Positions 11,314 through 23,721 are shown, counted from the first letter of the stretch. The stretch is 43,299 nucleotides of DNA from Malacoraja senta (GCA_038087875.1 JAXLNO010000330.1:1-43299); one strand, 5' to 3'. Notes: a model not told the origin generated them from the letters alone. Made by a program: numbers and translations.

Positions 11314-11628
11314 GCGCGGCACAGGGGCGCAGCGGTACAGTTGCTGCCTCACCGCCAGAGACCCGGGCTCGATCATGACTACGGGTGCTGTCTGTGCAGA
11401 GTTTGCACATTCTCCCCTTGACCTGCGTGGGTTTTTACTCCGGGTGCTCCAGTTTCCTCCAACATTTCAAAGACGTTCAGGGTTGTAAATTAATCGGACT
11501 CCGCAAAATTGTTAAATTGTCCCTGATGTGCGTAGGGTAGTGCTAGTGTACGGGGTGAGCGCTGGTCGGCGCAGAGTCCGTGGGCCGAAAGACCTGTTTC
11601 CGCGCTGCATCTCTAAACTAAACTAAAC
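11314..11628 (+). mobile_element. HE1-type V-SINE, full length
   Basis: GCGCAGCGGTACAGTTGCTGCCTCA head, GGCTCGATC B box, V-domain, (TAAAC)n tail. Confidence 0.9.
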
Positions 11629-12229
11629 CAAAGAAGGATCTCGACCCAAAATGTCACCCATTCCTTCTCTCCACAGATGCTGCCTGACCCGCTGAATTAC
11701 TCCAGCACTTTGTGTCTATCTTCTCCACAGATGCTGCCTGACCCGCTGAATTACTCCAGCACTTTATCATAGATTCATAAAGTGATACAGCGTTGGAAAC
11801 AGGCCCTTCGTCCCAACTCGTACTTGCACTCCTAGATCCCTCGGCTCCACACATTCCGCCAGCGCCCCACCATTCACAGTGAAGACCCTGCCCTGGTTTG
11901 ACTTCCTAAACTGCAACACCCTCCCCACACCCAAACAACGTGACCTCCTCCCTGTGGCTCCCTGCCCATTACCCCTGCCACCTCCTGCTCCTTACCCCCC
12001 TTTGCTACCCCCCCCCTCCTCCCCACCCCAAACAATGTGAACCCACCCCCACCTGGTTCCCTACCCCCTTTCTTGGCTCACTTGACCCCTCTATCTCCCC
12101 CCTATTCATCCCCCACGGCACCAAACCCACTCCGCCTTGAATCCACCCCCTCCCTTTGCTGCCTGTTTCCCCCCGCTACTCACTTCACCCCCTTTCCACC
12201 TCCAGCCTCTCACCCCTCTCCTCCCTCCA

Positions 12230-12278
<49 letters not shown>

Positions 12279-14010
12279 AGAAGCAATTCTGTTCCTCAGA
12301 TGTTATTAATAAATTTTAGGTATGTACTTTTGTAGCAAACTTAACTACCTAGGCATTTACTTTTAATTTCTATTGCACTATTGCAGATGACACAAAGCTG
12401 GGTGGCAGTGTGAACTGTGAAGAGGATGTTAGGAGGTTGCAGGGTGACCTGGACAGGTTGAGTGAGTGGGCAGATGCGTGGCAGATGCAGTATAATATAG
12501 ATAAATGTGAGGTCATCCACTTTGGCGGCAAAAACAAGGGGGCAGATTATTATATCAATGGGGTTAGGTTAGGTAAGGGGGAGGTACAGCGAGACCTGGG
12601 TGTCCTTGTACACCGGTCACTGAAAGTTGGCGTGCAGGTACAGCAGGCAGTGAAGAAAGCTAATGGAATGTTGGCCTTCATAACAAGAGGATTTCAGTAT
12701 AGGAGTAAAGAGGTTCTTCTGCAGTTGTATAGGGCTCTGGTGAGACCACATCTGGAGTATTGTGTACAGTTTTGGTCACCTAATTTGAGGAAGGACATCC
12801 TTGTGATTGAGGCAGTGCAGTTTAGGTTCACGAGATTGATCCCTGGTATGGCGGGACTGTCATATGAGGAAAGATTGAAAAGACTAGGCTTGTATTCACT
12901 GGAGTTTAGAAGGATGAGGGGTAATCTTATGGAAACATATAAAATTATAAAAGGACTGGACAAGCTAGATGCAGGAAAAATGTTCCCAATGTTGGACGAG
13001 TCCAGAACCAGGGGCCACAGTCTTAGAATAAAGGGGAGGTCATTTAAGACTGAGGTGAGAAAAAAAAATTCATCCAGTGAGTTGTGAATTTATGGAATTC
13101 CCTGCCACAGGGGGCAGTGGAGGCCAAATCACTGGATGGATTTAACAGCGAGTTAGATAGAGCTCTTGGGTCTAGTAGAGTCAAGGGATATGTGGAGAAG
13201 GCAGGCACGGGTTATTGATTGGGGACGATCAGTCATGATCACAATGAATGGCGGTGCTGGCTTGAAGGGCCGAATGGCCTCCTCCTGCACCTATTTTCTA
13301 TGGTTTCTATGCACATGATGTTTTTTTTGTCATAATTTAACCATTTAGCTCATACCTGTGGCCTTAGTTTAATACATTTTGGAGTAATGCTTTTATAATT
13401 TTTACTTAATTCAATGGAACTTTAATTTTGTCATGGTCCTTTCTACCATTTTGCTTTCTTTTAGCATAATGAATTATGGTTTTTATTTCAAGAATAAACA
13501 TTAAAAAAAAGCCACAATAGCACAGATACAACCGTTAGACCCAAAACTTTATGGACATGGGTTTAAAAGGCAGCCTGAGGATTCATGTGGTTCTTATGAA
13601 ATGCCAACTTGCGTAATGTCATCACAGCAGATTTAGAATTATTTTACCGAGGGGTCGGGGTCGGATGTTTTGGGAACAATTCCACAGCCCAGTTTATTCC
13701 GCTCCCTGTGCGTTTATAACATTATTTACCCCAGTTTTACCCCAGACCGGGTTTATTCCGCTCCCCTATGTGTGTTTCTAATATTAATTACTGTATTATA
13801 ACATTATTAACTGTCACTGTATGTCATGTTGTTACTTGTGGGCGGAGCACCAAGGCAAATTCCTTGTATGTGAATACTTGGCCAATAAACTTACTTACTT
13901 TACCCCAGTTTTACTGGGTTTATAACATTATTAACCCCAGATTTACCGGGTTTATTCCCCCAGACGTGCAGTTTATGTGGTGATTTATTGATTATTTACA
14001 GAGAGGGGGG
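11597..14010. repeat. Tandem segmental duplication, copy 1 (~2.41 kb)
   Basis: Order: SINE tail, PLE terminus, C-rich tract, (CT)n, CR1 3' fragment, AT-rich tract. The same order restarts at 14011 and 16416. Confidence 0.95.
12381..13311 (+). mobile_element. CR1 3' fragment (copy 1 of triplication)
   Basis: Starts at A-DDTKLGG; RPHLEYC, RTRGHSL; TTTCTATG tail. Confidence 0.93.
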
Positions 14011-16415
14011 TTTCCTGCGCTGCATCTCTAAACTAAACTAAACCAAAGAAGGGTCTCGAGCCAAAATGTCACCCATTCCTTCTCTCCACAGATGCTGCCT
14101 GACCCGCTGAGATACTCCAGCACTTTGTGTCTATCTTCTCCACAGATGCTGCCTGACCCGCTGAATTACTCCAGCACTTTGTCATAGATTCACAGAGTGA
14201 TACAGCGTTGGAAAGTGGCCCTTCGGCCCAACTCGTACTTGCACTCCTAGATCCCTCGGCTCCACACATTCCCCCAGCGCCCCGCCATTCACAGTGAAGA
14301 CCCTGCCCTGGTTTGACTTCCTAAACTGCAACACCCTCCGCACCCCCAATAATGTGACCTCCTTCCTGTGGCTCCCTGCCCCTTACACCTGCCGCCTCCT
14401 GTTCCTTATCCCCATTTGCTCCCTCCCCCCTCCTCCCCACCCCCAAACAATTTGAACCCACCCCCACCTGGTTCCCTACCCCCTTCCTTGGCTCACCTGA
14501 CCCCTCTATCTCCCCCCCAGTTCCCTTCCCCCCATTCATCCCCCTCGGCACCAAACCCACTCCCCCTTGAACCCTCCCCCCTCCCTTTGCTGCCTGTTTC
14601 CCCCCGCTACTCACTTCATCCCCTTTCCACCTCCAGCTTCTCACTCCACTCCTCCCTCCACTTTCTCTCTCTCTCTCTCTGAGAGAAGCAATTCTGTTCC
14701 TCAGACTTTTATTAATACATTTTAGGTATGTACTTTTGTAGCAAACTTAACTACCTAGGCATTTACTTTTAATTTCTATTGCACTATTGCAGATGACACA
14801 AAGCTGGGTGGCAGTGTGAACTGTGAAGAGGATGTTAGGAGGTTGGAGGGTGACTTGGACAGGTTGAGTGAGTGGGCAGATGCGTGGCAGATGCAGTATA
14901 ATATAGATAAATGTGAGGTTATCCACTTTGGCGGCAAAAACAAGGGGGCAGATTATTATATCAATGGGGTTAGGTTAGGTAAGGGGGAGGTGCAGCGAGA
15001 CCTGGGTGTCCTTGTACACCGGTCACTGAAAGTTGGCGTGCAGATACAGCAGGCAGTGAAGAAAGCTAATGGAATGTTGGCCTTCATAACGAGAGGATTT
15101 CAGTATAGGTGTAAAGAGGTTCTTCTGCAGTTGTATAGGTCTCTGGTGAGACCACATCTGGAGTATTGTGTATAGTTTTGGTCTCCTAATTTGAGGAAGG
15201 ACATCCTTGTGATTCAGGCAGTGCAGCGTAGGTTCACGAGATTGATCCCTGGTATGGCGGGACTGTCATATGAGGAAAGATTGAAAAGACTAGGCTTGTA
15301 TTCACTGGAGTTTAGAAGGATGAGGGGGAATCTTATGGAAACATATAAAATTATAAAAGGACTGGACAAGCTAGATGCAGGAAAAATGTTCCCAATGTTG
15401 GACGAGTCCAGAACCTGGGGCCACAGTCTTAGAATAAAGAGGAGGTCATTTAAGACTGAGGTGAGAAAAAAAATTTCATCCAGTGAGTTGTGAATTTATG
15501 GAATTCTCTGCCACAGGGGGCAGTGGAGGCCAAATCACTGGATGGATTTAACAGCGAGTTAGATAGAGCTCTTGGGTCTAGTAGAGTCAAGGGATATGTG
15601 GAGAAGGCAGGCACGGGTTATTGATTGGGGACGATCAGTCATGATCACAATGAATGGCGGTGCTAGCTCGAAGGGCCGAATGGCCTCCTCCTGCACCTAT
15701 TTTCTAGGGTTTCTATGCACATGTTTTTTTTGTCATAATTTAACGATTTAGCTCATACCTGTGGCCTTAGTTTAATACATTTTGGAGTAATGCTTTTATA
15801 ATTTTTACTTAATTCAATGGAACTTTAATTTTGTCATGGTCCTTTCTACCATTTTGTTTTCTTTTAGCATAATGAATTATGGTTTTTATTTCAAGAATAA
15901 ACATTAAAAAAAAACCACAATAGCACAGATACAACCGTTAGACCCAAAACTTTATGGACATGGGTTTAAAAGGCAGCCTGAGGATTCATGTGGTTCTTAT
16001 GAAATGGCAACTTGTGTAATGTCATCACAGCAGATTTAGAATTATTTTACCGAGGGGTCGGGGTCGGATGTTTTGGGAACGACTCCACAGCCCAGTTTAT
16101 TCCGCTCCCTGTGCGTTTATAACATTATTTACCCGAGTTTTACCCCAGACGGGGTTTATTCCGCTCCCCTATGTGTGTTTCTAATATTAATTACTGTATT
16201 ATAACATTATTAACTGTCACTGTATGTCATGTTGTTACTTGTGGGCGGAGCACCAAGGCAAATTCCTTGTATGTGAATACTTGGCCAATAAACTTAGTTA
16301 CTTTACCCCAGTTTTACTGGGTTTATAACATTATTAACCCCAGATTTACCGGGTTTATTCCCCCAGACGTGCAGTTTATGTGGTGATTTATTGATTATTT
16401 ACAGAGAGCGGGGGG
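14011..16415. repeat. Tandem segmental duplication, copy 2
   Basis: Restarts at GAGAGGGGGG|TTTCC-GCGCTGCATCTCTAAAC and is colinear with copy 1. Confidence 0.95.
14787..15717 (+). mobile_element. CR1 3' fragment (copy 2)
   Basis: Same 5' truncation point as copy 1. Private stop at 15173-15175. Confidence 0.93.
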
Positions 16416-17017
16416 TTTCCTGCGCTGCATCTCTAAACTAAACTTAACCGAAGAAGGGTCTCGAGCCAAAATGTCACCCATTCCTTCTCTCCACAGATGC
16501 TGCCTGACCCGCTGAGTTACTCCAGCCCTTTGTGTTTATCTTCTCCACAGATGCTGCCTGACCCGCTGAATTACTCCAGCACTTTGTCATAGATTCACTG
16601 AGTGATACAGCGTTGGAAAGAGGCCCTTCGACCCAACTCGTACTTGCCCTCCTAGATCCCTCGGCTCCACACATTCCCCCAGCGCCCCGCCATTCACAGT
16701 GAAGACCCTGCCCTGGTTTGACTTCCTAAACTGCAACACCCTCCCCACCCCCAAACAATGTGACCTCCTTCCTGTGGCTCCCTGCCCCTTACACCTGCCG
16801 CCTCCTGTTCCTTATCCCCCTTTGCTCCCTCCCCCCTCCTCCCCACCCCCAAACAATTTGAACCCACCCCCACCTGGTTCCCTACCCCCTTCCTTGGCTC
16901 ACCTGACCCCTCTATCTCCCCCCCAGTTCCCTGCCCCCCATTCATCCCCCTCGGCACCAAACCCACTCCCCCTTGAATCCTCCCCCTCCCTTTGCTGCCT
17001 GTTTCCCCCCGCTACTC

Positions 17018-17170
17018 NNNNNNNNNNNNNNNNNNNNNNNNNNNNNNNNNNNNNNNNNNNNNNNNNNNNNNNNNNNNNNNNNNNNNNNNNNNNNNNNNNN
17101 NNNNNNNNNNNNNNNNNNNNNNNNNNNNNNNNNNNNNNNNNNNNNNNNNNNNNNNNNNNNNNNNNNNNNN
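17018..17170. other. Assembly gap (others at 19552-19827, 33244-33387, 41896-42183)
   Basis: Runs of N. Confidence 1.
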
Positions 17171-17256
17171 TCAGACTTTTATTCATACATTTTAGGTATG
17201 TACTTTTGTAGCAAAGTTAACTACCTAGGCATTTACTTTTAATTTCTATTGCACCA

Positions 17257-18188
17257 TTGCGGATGACACAAAGCTGGGTGGCAGTGTGAACTGTGAAGAG
17301 GATGTTAGGAGGTTGTAGGGTGACTTGGACAGGTTGAGTGAGTGGGCAGATGCGTGGCAGATGCAGTATAATATAGATAAATGTGAGGTTATCCACTTTG
17401 GCGGCAAAAACAAGGGGGCAGATTATTATCTCAATGGGGTTAGGTTAGGTAAGGGGGAGGTGCAGCGAGACCTGGGTGTCCTTGTACACCGGTCACTGAA
17501 AGTTGGCGTGCAGGTACAGCAGGCAGTGAAGAAAGCTAATGGAATGTTGGCCTTCATAACAAGAGGATTTCAGTATAGGAGTAAAGAGGTTCTTCTGCAG
17601 TTGTATAGGTCTCTGGTGAGACCACATCTGGAGTATTGTGTACAGTTTTGGTCTCCTAATTTGAGGAAGGACATCCTTGTGATTCAGGGAGTGCAGCGTA
17701 GGTTTACGAGATTGATCCCTGGGATGGCGGGACTGTCATATGAGGAAAGATTGAAAAGACTAGGCTTGTATTCACTGGAGTTTAGAAGGATGAGGGGGAA
17801 TCTTATGGAAACATATAAAATTATAAAAGGACTGGACAAGCTAGATGCAGGAAAAATGTTCCCAATGTTGGGTGAGTCCAGAACCAAGAGCCACAGTCCT
17901 AGAATAAAGTGGAGGTCATTTAAGACTGAGGTGAGAAAAAACGTTTTCATCCAGTGAGTTGTGAATTTATGGAATTCCCTGCCACAGAGGGCAGTGGAGG
18001 CCAAATCACTGGATGGATTTAAGAGAGAGTTAGATAGAGCTCTAGGGGCTAGTGGAATCAAGGGATATGTGGAGAAGGCAGGCACGGGTTATTGATTGGG
18101 GACGATCAGCCATGATCACAATGAATGGCGGTGCTGGCTCGAAGGGCCGAATGGCCTCCTCCTGCACCTATTTTCTATGGTTTCTATG
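17257..18188 (+). mobile_element. CR1 3' fragment (copy 3)
   Basis: Same truncation point; ORF 17325-17957. Confidence 0.93.
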
Positions 18189-18693
18189 CACATGATGTTT
18201 TTTTTGTCATAATTTAGCCATTTAGCTCATACCTGTGGCCTTAGTTTAATACATTTTGGAATAATGCTTTTATAATTTTTACTTAATTCAATGGAACTTT
18301 AATTTTGTCATGGTGCTTTCTGCCAATTTGTTTTCTTTTATCATAATGAATTATGGTTTTTATTTCAAGAATAAACATTAAAAAAAAAGCCACAATAGCA
18401 CAGATACAACCGTTAGACTCAAAACGTTATGGACATGGGTTTAAAAGGCAGCCTGAGGATTCATGTGGTTCTTATGAAATGCCAACTTGTGTAATGTCAT
18501 CACAGCAGATTTAGAATCATTTTACCAAGGGGTCGGGGTCGGATGTTTTGGGAACGACTCCACAGCCCAGTTTATTCTGCTCCCCAGTGTGTTTATAACA
18601 TTATTTACCCCAGTTTTACCCCAGACCGGGTTTAATTTTCTCCCCTGTGTGTTTATAACATTATTTACCTCAGTTTTACCCCAGACCGGGTTT

Positions 18694-18935
18694 ATTCAAG
18701 ATTCAAGATAGTTTATTGTCGTGTGTCCCAGATAGGACAATGAAATTCTTGCTTTGCTTCAGCACAAAAGAATATAGACGGCATGAATACAGAACAGATC
18801 AGTGTGTCCATATACCATTGTATAAATATATACACACATGTATAAATAAAACAGATAAAGTGCAAATAAACTGATAATGGGCTATTAATATTTAGAGTTT
18901 TGTTTGAGTTGAGTTCAATATCCTGATGGCTGTGA
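18694..18935 (-). mobile_element. Rex1-like LINE 3' tail
   Basis: ATTCAAGATTCAAG...TTTATTGTC.TGTGTCCC.GATAGGACAATGA.ATTCTTGCTTTGCTTCAGC is the reverse complement of the tail at 20310-20380. Confidence 0.75.
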
Positions 18936-19288
18936 GGCTGTTTGTGTATTTTGTTCCCCTGTGTGTTTACAACATTATTTACCCCAGTTTTACCCCAGAC
19001 CGGGTTTATTCCGCTCCCCTGTGTGTTTCTAATATTATTTACTGTATTATAACATTATTTACTGTCACTGTATGTCATGTTGTTACTTGTGGGCGGAGCA
19101 CCAAGGCAAATTCCTTGTATGTGAATACTTGGCCAATAAACTTACTTACTTTACCTCAGTTTTACCAGGTTTATTCCCCCAGACGTGCAGTTTATGTGGT
19201 GATTTATTGATTATTTACAGAGAGAGGGGGGGGGGAGGTTGGGAGCCAGAGAGAGGGAGATGTTTATTTATAAGGTGTTTTATCTCAG

Positions 19289-19304
19289 GACGCTGCTCCA
19301 GACG
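19289..19304 (+). other. Candidate 16-nt micro-exon
   Basis: TGTTTTATCTCAG|GACGCTGCTCCAGACG|GTGAGT has consensus splice sites on both sides. The donor and downstream intron-like sequence recur at 22098-22190. Confidence 0.25.
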
Positions 19305-19827
19305 GTGAGTTTATATAATTTACCCCAGTTTGACCAGCTTTATTCCCCCATACGAGTAGTTTAAGAGGAGATTGACCTCAGCTCTCTCTCCCTCCCCCAG
19401 ATTGACAGGGTTTATTGATTTATTCCACTGCTGATTTATTGATTGATTGATTTATTTATTGATTTATTTATAACCTCAGTTATTGAGATGAGTGAATAAG
19501 AGGGGGAGGCTGGTTTATTTATTTATAACGAGTTTGACCCCATACACACATNNNNNNNNNNNNNNNNNNNNNNNNNNNNNNNNNNNNNNNNNNNNNNNNN
19601 NNNNNNNNNNNNNNNNNNNNNNNNNNNNNNNNNNNNNNNNNNNNNNNNNNNNNNNNNNNNNNNNNNNNNNNNNNNNNNNNNNNNNNNNNNNNNNNNNNNN
19701 NNNNNNNNNNNNNNNNNNNNNNNNNNNNNNNNNNNNNNNNNNNNNNNNNNNNNNNNNNNNNNNNNNNNNNNNNNNNNNNNNNNNNNNNNNNNNNNNNNNN
19801 NNNNNNNNNNNNNNNNNNNNNNNNNNN

Positions 19828-20380
19828 GTGTACATGAGTCGGTTTGTCAAGGAGGACGCTCTCTAACTTCTACAGATGCACAGTAGAGAGCATGCTGACC
19901 GGTTGCATCGTGGCTTGGTTCGGCAACTTGAGCGCCCTGGAGAGGAAAAGACTACAAAAGTAGTAAACACTGCCCAGTCCATCATCGGCTCTGACCTCCC
20001 TTCCATCGAGGGGATCTATCACAGTCGCTGCCTCAAAAAGGCTGGCAGTATCATCAAGGACCCACACCATCCTGGCCACACACTCATCTCCCTACTACCT
20101 TCAGGTAGAAGGTACAGGAGCCTGAAGACTGCAACGACCAGGTTCAGGAATAGCTACTTCCCCACAGCCATCAGGCTAGTAAACCTGGCTCGGACATAAC
20201 ACTGAACTTTATTAACCAATACTGTTATTTGCACTTTATCAGTATATTGATTCATGTGTGTATATATTTATAGAATGCCTTGTAGTCAATGCCTACTGTG
20301 TTCTGTTGTGCTGAAGCAAAGCAAGAATGTCATTGTCCTATCAGGGACACATGACAATAAACTCACTTGACTTGACTTGA
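19828..20380 (+). mobile_element. Rex1/Babar-like LINE 3' fragment
   Basis: ...VVNTAQSIIGSDLPSIEGIYHSRCLKKAGSIIKDPHHPGHTLISLLPSGRRYRSLKTATTRFRNSYFPTAIRL; (ACTTG)n tail. Confidence 0.85.
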
Positions 20381-20461
20381 CATGTGCACACACACATACA
20401 CACACATGTACACACACACACACACACACATGTACACACACTTGTACACACACACACACAC
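20381..20461. repeat. Interrupted (CA)n microsatellite
   Basis: Direct reading. Confidence 0.95.
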
Positions 20462-20544
20462 GTGGACTGTACCGGACTGTATGTGGTGATTTACCTCACT
20501 CACTCACTCATTCATCTTTCATTGTTTTATTGTTAAACCTTCAG

Positions 20545-21012
20545 GGATGCAAATTAAGAGTTGGGAAGTGGCGTCACAGGTAGATAGGATTTTTGGTACA
20601 TTGACCTTCATCAGTCAGGGTACTGAGTATAGAAGTTGGGATGTTATGTTGCAGTTTTACAAGATGCTGGTGAGGCTAAATTTGGAGTATTGCGTTCAGT
20701 TTTGGTTACCGTTATAGGAAAGATGTTGTTAAGCTGGAGAGAATGCAAATAAGATTTACGAGGATGTTGCCAGGACTTGAGGGCCTGAGCTGTAGGGAGA
20801 GGTTGGGCATGCTAGGGCAATGTTCCTTGGAGCGCAGGAGGATGAGGGGCTCATCTTATAGAGATGTATAAGATCATGAAAGGAATAAATAGGTTGAATG
20901 CACAGTCTTTTACCCAAAGTAGCAAAATGAAGAATCAGGGAACATGGGTTTAAGGTAAGTTGGAAAAGGTTAAGTAAGAACCCGACGGGCAACTTTTTCA
21001 CACAGAGGGTAG
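20545..21012 (+). mobile_element. Old CR1 3' fragment
   Basis: TTGGAGTATTGCGTTCAGTTTTGG...TTTTTCACACAGAGGGTAG, degraded. Confidence 0.8.
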
Positions 21013-21014
21013 CA

Positions 21015-21355
21015 AGGCAGGCAGCATTTTGGATAGAGGACTGGCTAACGTTTCAGGTCGAAGAGCCTTAGTCCGAACCGAGAAAGAGAGAGAGCAGGTT
21101 AGTTGCGCAGGTTGGGGAGGGCGACGGGTGCAACAAAGGGAATGGAGACACAAGAGGCTGCGGATGCCAGAATCCAGAGGAAAACTCAAAGTGCTAGAGG
21201 AACTCAGTGGGTCAGGCGGCATCTGTGGAGGGGATGGACAGACAACATTACAGGTGGGGACATCAGTCTGAAGACGGGTCCTGACCCGAAGTGTCATCTG
21301 TCCATTCCCTCCACAGTTGTTGCCTGACCTGTTGAGTTCCTCCAGCACTTTGTTA
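21015..21355. mobile_element. Penelope terminal-repeat fragments with fold-back; hammerhead-like motif at 21268-21295
   Basis: GTGCTAGAGGAACTCAGTGGGTCAGGCGGCATC ... GTTGCCTGACCTGTTGAGTTCCTCCAGCAC inverse arms. Motif reads CTGAAGA-C-GGGTC-CT-GACCC-GAAG-TGTC. Confidence 0.7.
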
Positions 21356-21710
21356 CTTGGAACATAGGGAATGTCTGTCAGAGGTGAAATGATGCAGCCA
21401 TTAAATAGGCATTGAAGCTTTGCCTGTGCGATGTGTTGCAATTGTCGTAAAGTCTGGGTGATGTTGTTACATTTGTCCCCCTGGGATGTGCCTTGAATGT
21501 TCAAAAGGGGAAGGAAAAAAATGGCAGGCATATATAGTCAGTCATGATACCAACAGAAAGAAGATGCAAATGACACATTAAATGAACCAAGGAGATCACT
21601 GTCCAGGTAAAGACAACACTATTTCCCCACATCATAGGCACTCCCTTTGTTCCACCAATCCCACTCCACCACTTCCCTGATGCCAGGATTGCCTTTCCCT
21701 CTCTCTTTTT

Positions 21711-21749
21711 CAGTTCTGACGAGGGGTCTCCAACCTGAAATGTTGACTG
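21711..21749 (+). ncRNA. Minimal type I hammerhead-like motif with stem I, in a PLE terminus
   Basis: CAGTT-CTGACGA-GGGGTCTCCAACCT-GAAA-TG-TT-GACTG: CAGTT/GACTG 5-bp stem I, core intact, stem II with one mismatch. Confidence 0.5.
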
Positions 21750-22226
21750 CTTCTCTTCCCGGATGCTGCCCGACCTGCTGAGTTTTTCCTGCATTTTCTC
21801 TTTTCATTTTGATTTCCAGTATCTGCAGTTTATTGATGGGCCAAACCTTAACACTGTGCGGTATGGCCATGTGTCTCTTTGTGGCTGATTGGGTCATAAA
21901 TGGCCTGGTGGATGGATGTGTTAGACTTTGATTAATCGGGTGTCTGATTCTATCTGGACCTAGTGTTCTCCAACTCTGACAGAAAGATTGGGTGGAAATT
22001 ACAAAGAGCAGATAACTCAGAGTTGGAGAGAAAATCCAATTAGTGTTTAGATGTGGTCTAGGGAGCATAGGTTCATAATTCTTTCATGCATTGGTGACAG
22101 ACGGTGAGTTTATATAATTGACCCCAGTTTGACCAGTTTGATTCCCCCAGACGTGGTTTATGTGGAGATTGCCCTCAGCTCTCTCTCTCTCCCCCCCACA
22201 CACATGTCCACACACGTGACTGTACC

Positions 22227-22560
22227 TGGGTGAGGGTGGGTGAGGGTGGTTTCGGGTGGGTGAGGGTGGTTTCGGGTGGGTGAGGGTGGTTTCGGGTGGG
22301 TGAGGGTGGTATTGGGTGGGTGAGGGTGGTTTCGGGTGGGTGAGGGTGGTTTCGGGTGGGTGTGGGTGGGTAAGGGTGGTTTCGGGTGGGTGTGGTTGGT
22401 TTTGGGTGGGTGAGGGTGGTTTCGGGTGTGTGGGTGGTGTCGGGTGGGTGAAGGTGGTTTCGGGTGTGTGCGTGGTTTCGGGTGGGTGTGGGTGGGTGTG
22501 GGTGGCTGAGGGTGGGTGTGGGTGCGTGAGGGTGGTTTTGTGGGTGGTTTCTGGTGAGGG
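22227..22560. repeat. G-rich 20-bp minisatellite (GGGTGGGTGAGGGTGGTTTC), left arm
   Basis: Direct reading. The same unit resumes at 23722-23805. Confidence 0.93.
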
Positions 22561-22565
22561 CTGTT

Positions 22566-23721
22566 TCATAGAAACATAGACAATTGGTGCAGGAGTAGGC
22601 CATTCGGCCCTTTGAGCCAGCACCGCCATTCAATGTGATCATGGCTGATCATCTGTTCGATGACGTTGAGCTTGGCGGTGGTAAGGCCTTCAACATTGAG
22701 CTGCAGTAGCGCTAAACCTCGACAGTTGGCGGCATTTAACGGTGCCGCCTGGCCTGGGGAGGCATGGCTTTTAGCGGTCTGCAGACGTGGTAAAGACATT
22801 GGTTTCGCTTTGTGGGCTTATGATCCTGTAAGCTACTCGTAAAGGAGGCCGCGTAGAGGCTGTCTTTGACGAGATGGAGAGACCAGTGGAAGGCAGCGGA
22901 AACATCTAGGCTACACCATTACATCGATGACCCCATGGACGTCCCTGGCCAGGACCTGACCCGAAAGCAGTGGACAACCCTCAACCGCTTGAGGCCAGGC
23001 ATCTTGAGGACGCTATGGAGTAGTGATGAAGAGGTGGGGGCCTCGTGGACAGCGAGCGCCTCCTGCGAGTGTGGGGATCCAACACAGACAGTGGAGCACA
23101 CATCGGCCACCGAACGGTGAACGAGGGCTGATTGACCTGGACGATGATACGTTGGCCTGGCTCGCCTCAACAGAGCTGCAGGTCTAAAAGACACACGACA
23201 GAAGAAGATGGCTGATCATCCAACTCAGTATCCTGTACCTGCCTTCTCTCCATACCCCCTGATCCTTTTACCACAAGGGCCACATCTAACTCCCTCTTAA
23301 ATATAGCCAATGAACTGGCCTCAACTACCTTCTGTGGCAGAGAATTCCACAGATTCACCACTCTCTGTGTGAAAAAAAAATGTTTTTCTCATCTCGGACC
23401 TAAAAGACTTCCCCCTTATCCTTAAACTGTGACCCCTTGTTCTGGACTTCCCCAACATCGGGTTCAACCTTCCTGCATCTAGCCTGTACAACCCCTGAAG
23501 AATTTTGTAAGTTTCCATAAGATCTCCCCCCTCAATCTTCTAAATTCCAGCGAGTACAAGCCGAGTCTATCCAGTCTTTCTTCATATGAAAGTCCTGACA
23601 TCCCAGGAATCAGTCTGGTGAACCTTCTCTGTACTCCCTCTATGGCAAGAATGTCTTTCCTCAGATTAGGAGACCAAAACTGTACGCAATACTCCAGGTG
23701 TGGTCTCACCAAGACCCTGTA
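22566..23721 (-). mobile_element. CR1 3' fragment inserted in the minisatellite and itself interrupted by RTE-X
   Basis: ATAGAAAC tail at 22566. UTR continuity across 22653/23221. RPHLEYC coding end; truncates at CTGTAC 23721. Confidence 0.9.
22654..23207 (+). mobile_element. RTE-X-like LINE insertion with inverted 5' piece, 13-bp TSD
   Basis: TSD ATGGCTGATCATC at 22641-22653 and 23208-23220; GAAGAAG tail. Plus-strand C-terminus W..QW...DP.DVPGQDL.RKQWTTLNRLR.G...CECGDPTQTVEH. Minus-strand EN N-terminus LLQLNVEGLTTAKL at 22654-22720. Confidence 0.8.

Larger units (their letters stand above)
16416..19235. repeat. Tandem segmental duplication, copy 3 (with gap and extra insertion)
   Basis: Colinear with copies 1 and 2. 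Contains N gap 17018-17170 and a private insertion at ~18694-18935. Confidence 0.9.

Noticed and set aside
9453-11488. Long antisense and off-frame ORFs over the ZNF exon
   Set aside because: Shadow frames of the GC-rich finger repeats.
11940-17242. Pro-rich and Gly-rich ORFs in the triplicated block
   Set aside because: Low-complexity C-rich tract; frames are not conserved among the three copies.
19492-19866. ORFs spanning N runs (also near 17000, 33200 and 41900)
   Set aside because: Artefacts of gaps lacking stop codons.
21357-21492. Exon-like open stretch GTSQGDKCNNITQTLRQLQ... after a pyrimidine tract
   Set aside because: Weak donor (GTAACA) at a repeat edge and no recognisable domain.
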